Source: Candidatus Omnitrophota bacterium
Lineage (GTDB): Bacteria; Omnitrophota; Gorgyraeia; B26-G9
DNA: 64,000 nucleotides
Direction: 5' to 3'
Assembly: GCA_043805415.1 (NCBI GenBank)
Contig: JAZDHZ010000003.1
Span: 28,366 to 92,365 of the forward strand
In this document: positions 48,719 through 62,329 of the stretch, piece by piece
Numbering within the stretch: the stretch's first letter is position 1
Layout: each line of letters opens with the position of its first letter
Program-made: the position numbers and the translations under genes
Notes under the pieces: model-generated
Databases searched by the model: none
Seen by the model: only the letters and a program-made list of their open reading frames with translations
What the model was told of the DNA's origin: nothing

Positions 48719-50302
48719 TTGATAATGAAAGTATTAATAAGTGATCCTCTATCAGAAGAAGGCTTGAAAATATTAGAAGATCGTAAAATCGCATTTGATT
48801 GCAAATCAAAGCTTTCGCCAGAAGAGTTGAAAAAAATAATCGGCAATTATGAGGCATTGATCATTCGCAGCGGAACAAAAGCAACTGCAGAGATAATTGA
48901 GGCAGGTGATAAACTTAAAGTTATCGGCAGGGCCGGAGTTGGAATAGATAATGTTGATCTAGAAGCAGCTTCTAAAAAAGGGATTATAGTTATGAATACT
49001 CCCGGAGGCAATACTATTTCAACAGCAGAACATACCGTAAGTATGCTGCTGGCTTTAAACCGTAATATCCCTCAAGCTAATGCTTCGGTGAAAAGCGGCG
49101 CCTGGGATAGAAAAAGTTTTTCCGCGCGGGAGCTATCAGGCAAATGTTTAGGGATTATTGGTTTAGGCAGAATTGGTTTGGAAGTGGCAAAACGCGCGCA
49201 GTCATTTGGCATGAAAATTATTGCACATGACCCTTTCCTTTCTCAGAAAAAAGCTGAGCAGCTGGATATCGAATTAGTTGAGCTTGATGGTTTATTTAGT
49301 AAAATCGATTTTCTTACAGTACACACTCCTTTAACTCCAGAGACAAAGCATATGATTAGCGCAAAACAATTCGCGCAAATGAAAAAAGGCGTAAAAATTT
49401 TAAATTGCGCTCGAGGCGGAATTGTAGATGAAGCTGCTTTACTAAAGGCAATAGAATCAGGCATTGTTGATGGGGCTGCATTGGATGTTTTTGAAATAGA
49501 ACCGCCAAAAAATAATCCGCTAATTGCTTTAGATTGTGTTATTGCAACTCCGCATTTAGGCGCTTCGACTACGGAAGCCCAGGTTAATGTGGCAGTTGAA
49601 ATTGCTGAGCAAGTAGCTGATCTTTTACAGGGCAAGGGGGTGCGCAATGCTTTGAATTATCCTTGTCTTGAAGGCGATGTTTGCGCTGTGCTTGAGCCAT
49701 ATATTAAATTGGCTGAAAAACTCGGAAGTTTCTCTAGCCAGATTATTTCTGGACATATTAATAAAGTAAGTATAAAATATTCAGGTGAGATAGTAAATCA
49801 AGATATAGCACCAGTTACGCTTGCTTTGCTCAAAGGATTGCTTGCTTTTAAACTTGGCGAATCTGTAAATTATGTTAATGCGCCGTTTATAGCTAAAGAG
49901 CGCGGCATTGAAGTAAGTGAAACTAAAATTTTGGAAAATGAAAAATTTTCAAATCTTATAAGTGTTGAGGTAGAGACAGATAAAGGTCAGAGTTTGGTTA
50001 GCGGGACTTTATTTGCTAAAGACAAACCGCGGATAGTTAGAATTAATAATTTTTATATTGATACTATTCCAGAAGGAAATGTCTTGATTACGAATAATAT
50101 TGATTCCCCAGGTATTGTGGGGAAGGTGGGCACAATCCTCGGAAATAATAAAGTTAATATTGCCGCGATGACTTTTGGTAAAACTGGAGGCAGTGGTAAT
50201 TCTATGGTTGTTTTAAATGTGGATAGTGAAATCACGGAAGATGTTCTTGCTGAAATTAAAAAGTGTAAGAATGTTACTGATGCTAAAGTTATTAGACTAT
50301 AG
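48719..50302 (+). CDS. serA: D-3-phosphoglycerate dehydrogenase (long form with ASB/ACT domains)
   Basis: GIIGLGRIGLEVAKRA NAD-binding GxGxxG, the CARGG region, ~527 aa with a C-terminal ACT-like segment. Confidence 0.85.
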   Translation: MIMKVLISDPLSEEGLKILEDRKIAFDCKSKLSPEELKKIIGNYEALIIRSGTKATAEIIEAGDKLKVIGRAGVGIDNVDLEAASKKGIIVMNTPGGNTISTAEHTVSMLLALNRNIPQANASVKSGAWDRKSFSARELSGKCLGIIGLGRIGLEVAKRAQSFGMKIIAHDPFLSQKKAEQLDIELVELDGLFSKIDFLTVHTPLTPETKHMISAKQFAQMKKGVKILNCARGGIVDEAALLKAIESGIVDGAALDVFEIEPPKNNPLIALDCVIATPHLGASTTEAQVNVAVEIAEQVADLLQGKGVRNALNYPCLEGDVCAVLEPYIKLAEKLGSFSSQIISGHINKVSIKYSGEIVNQDIAPVTLALLKGLLAFKLGESVNYVNAPFIAKERGIEVSETKILENEKFSNLISVEVETDKGQSLVSGTLFAKDKPRIVRINNFYIDTIPEGNVLITNNIDSPGIVGKVGTILGNNKVNIAAMTFGKTGGSGNSMVVLNVDSEITEDVLAEIKKCKNVTDAKVIRL

Positions 50303-50323
50303 ATAATCTAATCTTGTAATAAC

Positions 50324-52045
50324 ATGGGGGGGGCAATGAAGAGTAAAATACTATTACTTTGTGTTCTGTTTGTTGGAATAATGTCTGTTTCTGCAACTGT
50401 TATGGCTCAGCCGGCGATTATTAATGATATTGTTATCGATACGCAGGATTCTTCAGTAAAACTTACCATCACTTCTAGCCAAACTTTGCAGATAGAAACA
50501 TTTAAAAATGACGAAAGCCCGGCCAATTATATTGTTTTGGATTTCATTGGAACTGTTTACACGAATTTGCCCTCAATAATAGATGTAGGTAAGGGGGCTG
50601 TTGAAAAAGTTAGTCTGGTTAGAGGAGAAGAAAGCCAAATTTCAATCGATGGAGAACCGTATTATTCTCTTGATTTTCTAGCAATAAATCTTACCAGCGC
50701 TGCTGATTATCGCGTTAGCCAATCTAAATCAGTTATTGATTTGAGTATTGGAGATACAGAGGTAGCCAAAGTAGCAGAAGTTGAAAAAGCAGCCGCAGCT
50801 TCTTTTTCAACAGACAAGGCTGTTGAGCTTAGCCCCCCGATTGTTGTTTCAAGAAAACAAAAAACAATAGAGCCTGTAGAGACTAATTATGCGTATCCAA
50901 GTTATGAGCAGTCTGCTTATGCTTCAAAGTATGAGGATTCGTCTCTTACCAAAGAAACTGCTACTATTGCTAGCGAAGAAAAGCCAGAGGAAGTAAAAGA
51001 ACTTACGCGTACTGAAAGAAGAGAAATAGCAAGCCAAAAAAGAAAAGCAAAACTGGCTGCAAAAAGAGCCGCAAGCTCAAAACAAAAATCTCGAACCGAA
51101 AAAACAAAAGGCGGGTTTTTATTTTTTGGCAAAAGAAGTGAGCCAACTGAAACTAAGGAAGTTGTGCCTGATGAAAAAGAACTAGTTGTAAGAAAAGTAG
51201 TAGTTAAGAATCCTCAGACCGAAAAGGAAAATTATTTAATTGACAGCATTGTAAATGAGACAATAAGAGAAAAACAAAAAACATCAGATCGTATTGAAGA
51301 TTTGACTATGGAATTAAAAAACTTGCAGCAGGCTTTGTATTTATCAAAAGGCCAGAAATCTCAGCTTGATGAAAAGATTAATGAGATTTTAGCAAAGCTT
51401 GATCAGTTAAAAAGTTCTTTAGACGAAGAAATTAGAAGGCGTCAAGCATTAGGGGAAAAAGTGGATGATCTTATTGCTCAGCGCAATGCCTATATTAAAG
51501 CAAAGAAAGATTATGAGGATTTTCAGATGCAGCTGAATAGAGTAAGCGCATCGGTAGATGATTTAAATACAGAAGTTAAAAAAGTGAGCAGTAATCTTGA
51601 TCTTGTTCGGTTTGAAAAGAAAAAGTTAGAAAACGATGTAAATGCGATGGAGTCTGAATATACTCAAATAAAAACTGGGTATGAAAATGCTCTAAAGGTA
51701 AAGGATGCAATTACAGTAACTGTTGAAAAGCTTAGTCGGGAAATTGATGAATTACGCCAGAAACTGGATAAAACAATTGAAGATAAAAACCGGATTGTTG
51801 CTGATTTGAAAAATTTTGAAAATCAAAGTAAATATAGCGGTGCTGAATTAGCAAGACTTAAGCAGCTTTTATTAGATAAAAATGCTATACTTGTTGAGCT
51901 GGCACAAAGATATGACCAACTTAAGACAAGTTTAGATTTAGCTGTATCTGAGAAATTTAAAGTTGAATATTCATACCGAAATGCTAAAACTGAGTTTGAA
52001 AGAATTAAACGCGAAATTGAAACATATTTACAAAACAATAAATAG
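50324..52045 (+). CDS. Secreted AMIN-domain protein with long coiled-coil C-terminal region (paralog 1)
   Basis: Signal peptide. The N-terminal ~110 aa beta-rich AMIN-like module (IVIDTQDSSVKLTITSS...YIVLDFIGTVYTN...VEKVSLV) matches the AmiC/PilQ AMIN pattern. The remainder is heptad-rich. Confidence 0.5.
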   Translation: MGGAMKSKILLLCVLFVGIMSVSATVMAQPAIINDIVIDTQDSSVKLTITSSQTLQIETFKNDESPANYIVLDFIGTVYTNLPSIIDVGKGAVEKVSLVRGEESQISIDGEPYYSLDFLAINLTSAADYRVSQSKSVIDLSIGDTEVAKVAEVEKAAAASFSTDKAVELSPPIVVSRKQKTIEPVETNYAYPSYEQSAYASKYEDSSLTKETATIASEEKPEEVKELTRTERREIASQKRKAKLAAKRAASSKQKSRTEKTKGGFLFFGKRSEPTETKEVVPDEKELVVRKVVVKNPQTEKENYLIDSIVNETIREKQKTSDRIEDLTMELKNLQQALYLSKGQKSQLDEKINEILAKLDQLKSSLDEEIRRRQALGEKVDDLIAQRNAYIKAKKDYEDFQMQLNRVSASVDDLNTEVKKVSSNLDLVRFEKKKLENDVNAMESEYTQIKTGYENALKVKDAITVTVEKLSREIDELRQKLDKTIEDKNRIVADLKNFENQSKYSGAELARLKQLLLDKNAILVELAQRYDQLKTSLDLAVSEKFKVEYSYRNAKTEFERIKREIETYLQNNK

Positions 52046-52115
52046 GCTTAATTTTTATAAAACAATAAAGTTTAAGTGTGAAACCGCGGGATTAAATCGA
52101 GTATAAGGAGGTTAC

Positions 52116-55665
<3,550 letters not shown>

Positions 55666-55685
55666 AATAGGAGCGAGGACGAATA

Positions 55686-56348
55686 ATGATTGATGTTTAT
55701 GAGATAGCAACGCGGTTAATGATTGCTACACTTTTAAGCGGTCTAATTGGCTATGAGCGTGAAGTACACGGCCGTGCCGCCGGGTTGCGGACAACGATAT
55801 TAGTTGGGGTCGGATCCTGCCTTGTAATGTTAACATCAATGAATCTAAATGCAATGTATCAAGGAATTGCTAATGTCGATCCTTCCAGAATCCCAGCGCA
55901 AGTAGTAAGCGGGATTGGTTTTTTAGGAGCAGGAACGATATTGCGGTTTAACGCTTCAGTTCGGGGTTTAACTACTGCCGCGGGGCTTTGGGCAGTTGCG
56001 GGTATTGGGATTGCTATTGGCTGCGGATTCTATTCAGCTGCTTTTTTAACTACTGGTTTTATTTTTATAGTACTGGTGGCTTTATCGCGTTTCGAGCGGA
56101 GAATCACTAGATCTACTGAGCGAATCTTAAATGTTGAGGGTGTTGGAGGTATTGATCTTTTGAGTGAAATCACAAACACAATTGATGCATTAGAGGCAGA
56201 GATTAAAAATATTGACATAAAACACACTCCTAATTCAGAGAGTTTTAATGTTTCAATGCATTTACAGTTTTATGCAGTGAAAATAAATAATCAAATAACA
56301 ACTTCTCTGTTACGAATCAATGGCGTCACTTCTGTAAAATGGGTCTGA
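55686..56348 (+). CDS. mgtC: MgtC/SapB family membrane protein
   Basis: YEREVHGRAAGLRTTILVGVGSCL matches the MgtC N-terminal signature. ACT-like C-terminus. Confidence 0.7.
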   Translation: MIDVYEIATRLMIATLLSGLIGYEREVHGRAAGLRTTILVGVGSCLVMLTSMNLNAMYQGIANVDPSRIPAQVVSGIGFLGAGTILRFNASVRGLTTAAGLWAVAGIGIAIGCGFYSAAFLTTGFIFIVLVALSRFERRITRSTERILNVEGVGGIDLLSEITNTIDALEAEIKNIDIKHTPNSESFNVSMHLQFYAVKINNQITTSLLRINGVTSVKWV

Positions 56349-57049
56349 AAAAAGTTAAAACCACCTTACCGACAAAGACACATAAGATTCTCATGAGTAA
56401 TAAAAACTCCTGTTCTGCCAGAATCGATATTGCCCGTGAAAAACGTCGAGGATTTCCGGAAGTTATTTATTGCCCGGGTAAAAAAATTAATCAAATTAAG
56501 AAGATAGCCCAGTGCATTCTTGAACACAATGATACTTTGCTGCTTACCAGAGCCAATGATCAGATATATAAAGCAATAAAAACAATAAGCAAAAAAGTTG
56601 TTTATAATAAAGAGGCAAATCTTATTTATGTGGCCAATAATAAGAGAATTGTAAAAAAAGGGCTTATTCTTGTGATCAGCGCGGGAACAAGTGATATCCC
56701 TGTGGCAGAAGAAGCAGCGGTTACCGCGGAGCTTATGAATAATCGGGTTGAGCGGCTTTATGATGTTGGCGTTGCCGGAATCCATCGTTTGCTTGATGAA
56801 TCAGATATTCTAAAAAAAGCCGATGTGCTTGTTGTTGTGGCTGGTATGGAAGGGGCATTGGCCAGTGTTGTTAGCGGTATGGTGGATAAGCCAGTTATTG
56901 GGGTACCAACAAGCGTTGGATACGGAGCTAGTTTTCAAGGTATAGCGCCACTTTTGACAATGCTTAATTCGTGTTCTCCAGGAGTAAGTGTTGTAAACAT
57001 TGATAATGGTTTTGGCGCGGGATATCTTGCCGGATTGATTAATAAATAG
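56339..57049 (+). CDS. larB: PurE-like nickel-pincer cofactor biosynthesis protein LarB
   Basis: LVISAGTSDIPVAEEA is a PurE-class mutase/carboxylase motif in a ~236-aa protein. Lies directly upstream of a LarC homolog. Confidence 0.6.
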   Translation: MGLKKVKTTLPTKTHKILMSNKNSCSARIDIAREKRRGFPEVIYCPGKKINQIKKIAQCILEHNDTLLLTRANDQIYKAIKTISKKVVYNKEANLIYVANNKRIVKKGLILVISAGTSDIPVAEEAAVTAELMNNRVERLYDVGVAGIHRLLDESDILKKADVLVVVAGMEGALASVVSGMVDKPVIGVPTSVGYGASFQGIAPLLTMLNSCSPGVSVVNIDNGFGAGYLAGLINK

Positions 57050-57355
57050 CGTATAGCGCTTGGCTGATAGCTGATGGCTCATAGCTCATGGCTCATGGTC
57101 AAAAGCAGAGAACCAATTACTAATTACTAAACTCTAAATAAACCCAAATGACTAAAGTCAAAAGCACAAAAAGAAATATAAAAAAATTTAATTTTTATGC
57201 TGAGTTTATAATTTTGGATTTATTTTGGATTTAGAGTTTATGGTTTAGAGTTTTTTAAAAAACTATCGACTATTAGCTATTGACCATTGACCTTGCGAAT
57301 AAACGCAATACGCGATACTCAATACGCAATACAGAAGACTAAACGCAGGGGTTTT

Positions 57356-58534
57356 ATGAAGATTGCCTATTTTGATTGTTGCTCCGGGATAAGCGGAGAT
57401 ATGGTGCTGGGAGCTTTTATAGATCTTGGCCTATCCCCCCAGAAGCTGAAAGCAGAGCTTTCTAAGCTAATGATTGGGTCCTTTGATTTAAAAATAAAAA
57501 AAGTTAAGCGTGGACATATCAGGGCAACAAAAGTAGATGTGATTTCTGGATATAAGAAAAAGTTTAATGATCTTGAGAGTATGATTAGGGTTATTGATAA
57601 AAGCAAGTTTGATTTAAACACCAAAGATCAGATTGAAAATATTTTAATAAAACTTGCCAAAGCAGAAGCTAAAGTCCATAAACAGCCTTTGAGTCAGATT
57701 CATTTTCATCAATTGGGGCAGATAGATACAATAATTGATATCGCCGGATGTGTTTTAGCGATTAAAATGCTTGAGATTGAAAAAATATATGCAAGTGCTG
57801 TAGTATCAGGCACTGGGACTATAAAATTTGCCAAGCATGTTTTTCCTTTGCCAGCTCCAGCAGCGCTTGAATTGCTAAAAACCCGGACAATTGAAATTAA
57901 TCCGGAAATTAAGCATGAAACAGTTACCCCTACAGGGGCAGTGCTATTATCTTGTTTAACGCAACAAGTATCAGCTATGCCTGCTCTGCGGGTGCTTAAA
58001 ATTGGTTATGGCGCTGGAGCATATGAATCAGAGTGCCTGCCCAATGCGTTTAGAATTGTTATTGGAGAGGTTGATAACTATAAACAGCTGGATACGATTA
58101 CAGTTGTTGAAACTAATATTGATGATACTTTGGGACTTAATTTTGATCTATTATTTGAGCGTTTGTTTAAAGCCAAGGCTTTAGATGTTTTTACCTGCGC
58201 AATTATGATGAAAAAGCAAAGGCCGGGGATTTTACTCCAGGTCCAAACTGAGGAAAAAGATTTGGAGCCTGTTATTAGGTTGCTGTTTGAGGAGACTTCG
58301 ACGATTGGGGTTAGGATAAATAAAGTTGTTCGTCGGAAATTAAGCAGAAAAACCTTGAATATTCGCACTGATTATGGGATAATTGTGAGAGTAAAAATTG
58401 CATCCTCTGATGAAAAAATACTAAATATAGCTCCGGAATATGAAGATTGTAAGTTGATCGCAATAAAGAAATCTCTACCGTTTAAAGTTGTTTATGAAAG
58501 GGTTAAAGCGCAGGCTTTAAAAAGGTTTGGTTAA
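57356..58534 (+). CDS. larC: Nickel insertion protein LarC (UPF0272 family)
   Basis: MKIAYFDCCSGISGDMVLGAFIDLG matches the LarC N-terminal signature. Start set at the internal ATG 57356. Confidence 0.65.
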   Translation: MKIAYFDCCSGISGDMVLGAFIDLGLSPQKLKAELSKLMIGSFDLKIKKVKRGHIRATKVDVISGYKKKFNDLESMIRVIDKSKFDLNTKDQIENILIKLAKAEAKVHKQPLSQIHFHQLGQIDTIIDIAGCVLAIKMLEIEKIYASAVVSGTGTIKFAKHVFPLPAPAALELLKTRTIEINPEIKHETVTPTGAVLLSCLTQQVSAMPALRVLKIGYGAGAYESECLPNAFRIVIGEVDNYKQLDTITVVETNIDDTLGLNFDLLFERLFKAKALDVFTCAIMMKKQRPGILLQVQTEEKDLEPVIRLLFEETSTIGVRINKVVRRKLSRKTLNIRTDYGIIVRVKIASSDEKILNIAPEYEDCKLIAIKKSLPFKVVYERVKAQALKRFG

Positions 58535-59381
58535 AATGGCCGCAAAGAGAAAGATATATACTTTAGTTGTGCCGCGTTTTGAGGATATATTTCATAGTTT
58601 TTTTGCTCAAGAGATCATTAAAGGCGCTACTTCAGCAGCAAGCCGGCTTAATGTCGATGTCTTGATCCATATTGTTGAACGCGGACAGAATATTGATTTA
58701 TTTTCCAGTGTGCTTTCTATTGCCCAGATTTGTGAGGGTATAATTTTTGCTGATATTGACCAAGAAAGAGTTGCTTTAAAAAAAGTTATTAGCTCAAGTA
58801 AACCATGTGTAGTATTAAATAATTCATTTCTTGAGCCGATTAACTGTATAAGTATTGATAATTATAAAGCAACAAGAAATGTTATGGAGTATCTTATAAG
58901 TTTAGGGCATACTCGTATTGCCACAATATGCGGGGATTTAACTACGGAAGCGGGTAATGAACGGCTTAAAGGCTATAATGATGCCCTAAATGCTAAAGGG
59001 ATTCCGGTGGAAAATCAATACATAAAAAAAGGAGAGTTTTTAAGAACCCCAGCAAGACGGGCAGCAGAACGTCTGCTTAGTTTAAATGAACGGCCTACAG
59101 CAATTTTCGCTGCATCTGATGTAATGGCTTTAGAAGTACTTGATGTGGCTAAAAAGAAAAATATTGTTGTGCCCAAACAATTATCGGTCATCGGATTTGA
59201 TGATAATCCATTAAACAGTTATAGTGCAATTGGTTTAACCACGGTTAGGCAGCCAATAGCGGAAATGGCTAGGCTGGGACTGGAAATGCTCGATCGAATT
59301 GTTATGAAAAAAGAAAAAACGCCAGTGCAAAGTAAATTAAACGCAAGATTGATAAAAAGAGATACATGTGAGAAAATCTAA
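58527..59381 (+). CDS. LacI/PurR-type periplasmic-binding-fold ligand-binding domain protein lacking the N-terminal HTH
   Basis: The sequence begins directly in the sugar-binding core (type-1 PBP fold segments GFDDNPLNSYSAIGLTTVRQP). No helix-turn-helix is encoded. Confidence 0.45.
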   Translation: MVKMAAKRKIYTLVVPRFEDIFHSFFAQEIIKGATSAASRLNVDVLIHIVERGQNIDLFSSVLSIAQICEGIIFADIDQERVALKKVISSSKPCVVLNNSFLEPINCISIDNYKATRNVMEYLISLGHTRIATICGDLTTEAGNERLKGYNDALNAKGIPVENQYIKKGEFLRTPARRAAERLLSLNERPTAIFAASDVMALEVLDVAKKKNIVVPKQLSVIGFDDNPLNSYSAIGLTTVRQPIAEMARLGLEMLDRIVMKKEKTPVQSKLNARLIKRDTCEKI

Positions 59382-59395
59382 AGGGAGGAAATAAA

Positions 59396-59791
59396 ATGCT
59401 GCATACAATATTGTTAGTTATTCATATAATTGTTTCGCTTTTTCTGATATTTATTATTCTGATTCAAAGCGGAAAAGGGGAAGGGCTTTCTGATGTTTTC
59501 GGCGGAGGTTCCAGCCAGACAACTATATTCGGGACAAGAACCGGTAATTTTTTAACCAAAGCAACAACAGCTTCAGCAGTTATTTTTATGATTACATGTC
59601 TGAGCCTTGCTTTTTTATCTAAGCGGACGGGAAATTCGGTTATTACTCAGGAACTTATGAAAAAACAGGCTGTAGAAAAAGTCCAGAAGATAATGAATCC
59701 GGAAAAAGAATCGGCTCAAACACAAGGAGTTGCAGAGGAAACCGTAGATGTTGCTCAGGATAAAGTTTCCGAACAACCAGCAAATAAATAA
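59396..59791 (+). CDS. secG: Preprotein translocase subunit SecG (with C-terminal extension)
   Basis: LVIHIIVSLFLIFIILIQSGKGEGLSDVFGGG is the SecG signature. The ~50 aa polar tail is extra. Confidence 0.75.
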   Translation: MLHTILLVIHIIVSLFLIFIILIQSGKGEGLSDVFGGGSSQTTIFGTRTGNFLTKATTASAVIFMITCLSLAFLSKRTGNSVITQELMKKQAVEKVQKIMNPEKESAQTQGVAEETVDVAQDKVSEQPANK

Positions 59792-59865
59792 TAAGTGCAG
59801 AACATTAAACCAGACAATTTAAAAATAAATATATCCTTGATAAATTGCTTCAAGGGAGGATGATT

Positions 59866-61506
59866 ATGCAGAAAAGAATACCGCTTTTGGCGGTATTTTT
59901 TTTTCTTGCTTTGAGTTTCAGCTTAAATTTATGTTCATGCTCAAACCAAGAAAAAAATGATTCAGCTTTTGGTCCGGATTTAAATGTTCCAGCTTATGGA
60001 GATATTATTGTTGAGGCAACAAGTGCTGATGCCCGAACACTTATACCCATACTAGCTAGTGATGGGGCATCTTCGCAGATTTGCGGCCTTATTTTTAATG
60101 GTTTAGTTAAGTATGACAAAGATTTGTTTTTAGTCGGAGATTTAGCGGAAAATTGGGAAGTTTTAGAAGACGGCTTGGTTATAATATTCCATTTAAAAAA
60201 AGGAATCAAGTGGCATGATGGGGCATTGTTTAGTGCTGCGGATGTTGAATTTACTTATAAATCATTGATTGATCCCAAGATTAGAACTCCCTATAGCGGT
60301 GATTTTGAAAAAGTAAAAAGTTTTGAAGTTTTGGATGATTACACTCTAAAGATAACTTATAAAGAACCATTTTCTCCAGGTCTTGCCAGTTGGGGGATGG
60401 GAATAATGCCAAAACATATTCTGGAAAAGGAAGATTTAAATGTAACCGGATTCTCCCGCAAACCCATAGGTACTGGTCCTTATAAACTAACAACATGGAA
60501 AACCCAGGAATCTATTGTTCTTGATTCAAATAAAGAATATTTTGAAGGAAGACCGTATATAGATAAATGTGTTTTCAGGATTATTCCTGATGGGGTTACA
60601 ATGTTTCTTGAATTGCAGACCAGAGGCATTGATTATATGGGTTTATCTTGTTTGCAATACGCCCGTCAAACAGACACTCCTTTTTTTAAAAAACAATATA
60701 ATAAATTTCGCTATCAAGGATTTAGTTTTACCTATATGGCATATAATCTTAAAGACCCAAAATTCTCTGATCCGCGCATAAGGCAGGCTATAAATTGCGC
60801 GATTGACAGACAAGAACTTATCGAAGGCGTATTATTAGGAATGGCAACAGAATGTACTGGTCCTTTTGCCTATCGTTCTTGGGCATATAATAAAGATATT
60901 AAAACCGTAAAATTTAATCCCAATAAGTCATTAGAACTGCTTGGGCAAGCTGGATGGGTGTTAAATCAAGATGGGGTACTGGAAAAAAATGGTGAGATTT
61001 TTGAATTTACAATTATTACTAATCAAGGCAATGATGAGCGGAAAAGAGCAGCGGAGATTATCCAAAAGCGATTGAGTAAAATTGGAATGCGGGTTAAAAT
61101 AAAAATAGTAGAATGGAGCGCGTTTATTAATGAATTTGTTAATCAGCGTAAATTTGAAACATTGCTTCTGGGTTGGTCAATGTCGCTTGATCCTGATATT
61201 TATGATATTTGGCATTCAAGCAAAACAAAACCCGGTGAGTTCAATTTTATCAGTTATAAAAACGAGGAAGTAGACACATTGCTCGAGCAAGGCAGACGCG
61301 AATTTGATCAGGAAAAGCGCAGACAAATATATAACCGCGTCCATGAAATTATTTATAATGAACAGCCGTATTTATTTTTATATAATCCAGATACTTTGCC
61401 GATTATAAACAGTCGATTTCAAGGAATTAAAATAGCTCCCGCGGGAATAAGCTATAACTCTATCAAATGGTATGTTCCTAAATCAAGACAGGTTTATCAG
61501 CAATAA
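59866..61506 (+). CDS. ABC transporter substrate-binding protein, family 5 (peptide/nickel type)
   Basis: Lipoprotein signal (LNLCSC). SBP_bac_5-like length and segments. Start at ATG 59866 behind the SD GGGAGG. Confidence 0.6.
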   Translation: MQKRIPLLAVFFFLALSFSLNLCSCSNQEKNDSAFGPDLNVPAYGDIIVEATSADARTLIPILASDGASSQICGLIFNGLVKYDKDLFLVGDLAENWEVLEDGLVIIFHLKKGIKWHDGALFSAADVEFTYKSLIDPKIRTPYSGDFEKVKSFEVLDDYTLKITYKEPFSPGLASWGMGIMPKHILEKEDLNVTGFSRKPIGTGPYKLTTWKTQESIVLDSNKEYFEGRPYIDKCVFRIIPDGVTMFLELQTRGIDYMGLSCLQYARQTDTPFFKKQYNKFRYQGFSFTYMAYNLKDPKFSDPRIRQAINCAIDRQELIEGVLLGMATECTGPFAYRSWAYNKDIKTVKFNPNKSLELLGQAGWVLNQDGVLEKNGEIFEFTIITNQGNDERKRAAEIIQKRLSKIGMRVKIKIVEWSAFINEFVNQRKFETLLLGWSMSLDPDIYDIWHSSKTKPGEFNFISYKNEEVDTLLEQGRREFDQEKRRQIYNRVHEIIYNEQPYLFLYNPDTLPIINSRFQGIKIAPAGISYNSIKWYVPKSRQVYQQ

Positions 61507-61511
61507 ATTTT

Positions 61512-62309
61512 ATGCGTAAACGACATATTTTCTTAATCTTATTAATATCATTTTTCTTATCAGGGTGTGTCCAAAGTTATTATAATGTGGCTACCCAAAA
61601 AGAAGAGACTTATTTTTATTCTGATGAAAAAGAAGTCAAAATCGGAAATTCATTATCAGTTTCTGTTGAGAAGAAATTTAAACCCGATAATGATCCATTA
61701 ATTCAGCAAAGAATTAATCAAATCGGGAAAAAACTAGTGGCTGTTAATGATCGCAAGGAAATAAACTATTATTTCAAAGTCTTAGAATCGAAAAAAGATG
61801 AGATAAATGCTTTCGCCCTGCCGGGTGGATATGTTTATATTTTTCGCGGATTGTGGGATGAAATAAGTGATAATGATGATAAAATCGCCGCGGTTTTAAG
61901 TCATGAAATTGCCCATATCGCGGCTAGGCACAGTGTGAAGAGAATGCAATCCGCGGTTGGGGCAAATGTGATGAGCATCCTTGTTCTCGGCTCTTCGAAA
62001 ATGGATTCTTATTCTAAACGAAAGGCAATGCAAGGAATTAATCAGCTAATCCTATCGTATTCAAGACAAGATGAAATAGAAGCTGATATCCTCGCGACAA
62101 AATATCTTAAAAAAGCAGGATATGATGCTTTAGGGATTGTTGAGGTCTTAGCCGTCCTCGAAAAATCAGAAAGGGATAAGCCGATTAGCCCAGGGCATTG
62201 GAGGACTCATCCTTATATCACGGAACGGAGAAAAGTAGTAAATCAACAAATCAACAGAGGTTCAATTAAATTTGATGATTATATTAACACAGAAGCAATC
62301 GAGGAATAG
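61512..62309 (+). CDS. M48-family zinc metallopeptidase lipoprotein
   Basis: HEIAHIAARH (HExxH) with a downstream Glu. Lipobox LSGC. Confidence 0.7.
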   Translation: MRKRHIFLILLISFFLSGCVQSYYNVATQKEETYFYSDEKEVKIGNSLSVSVEKKFKPDNDPLIQQRINQIGKKLVAVNDRKEINYYFKVLESKKDEINAFALPGGYVYIFRGLWDEISDNDDKIAAVLSHEIAHIAARHSVKRMQSAVGANVMSILVLGSSKMDSYSKRKAMQGINQLILSYSRQDEIEADILATKYLKKAGYDALGIVEVLAVLEKSERDKPISPGHWRTHPYITERRKVVNQQINRGSIKFDDYINTEAIEE

Positions 62310-62329
62310 TAAACAGAAAGGAGTCTATA

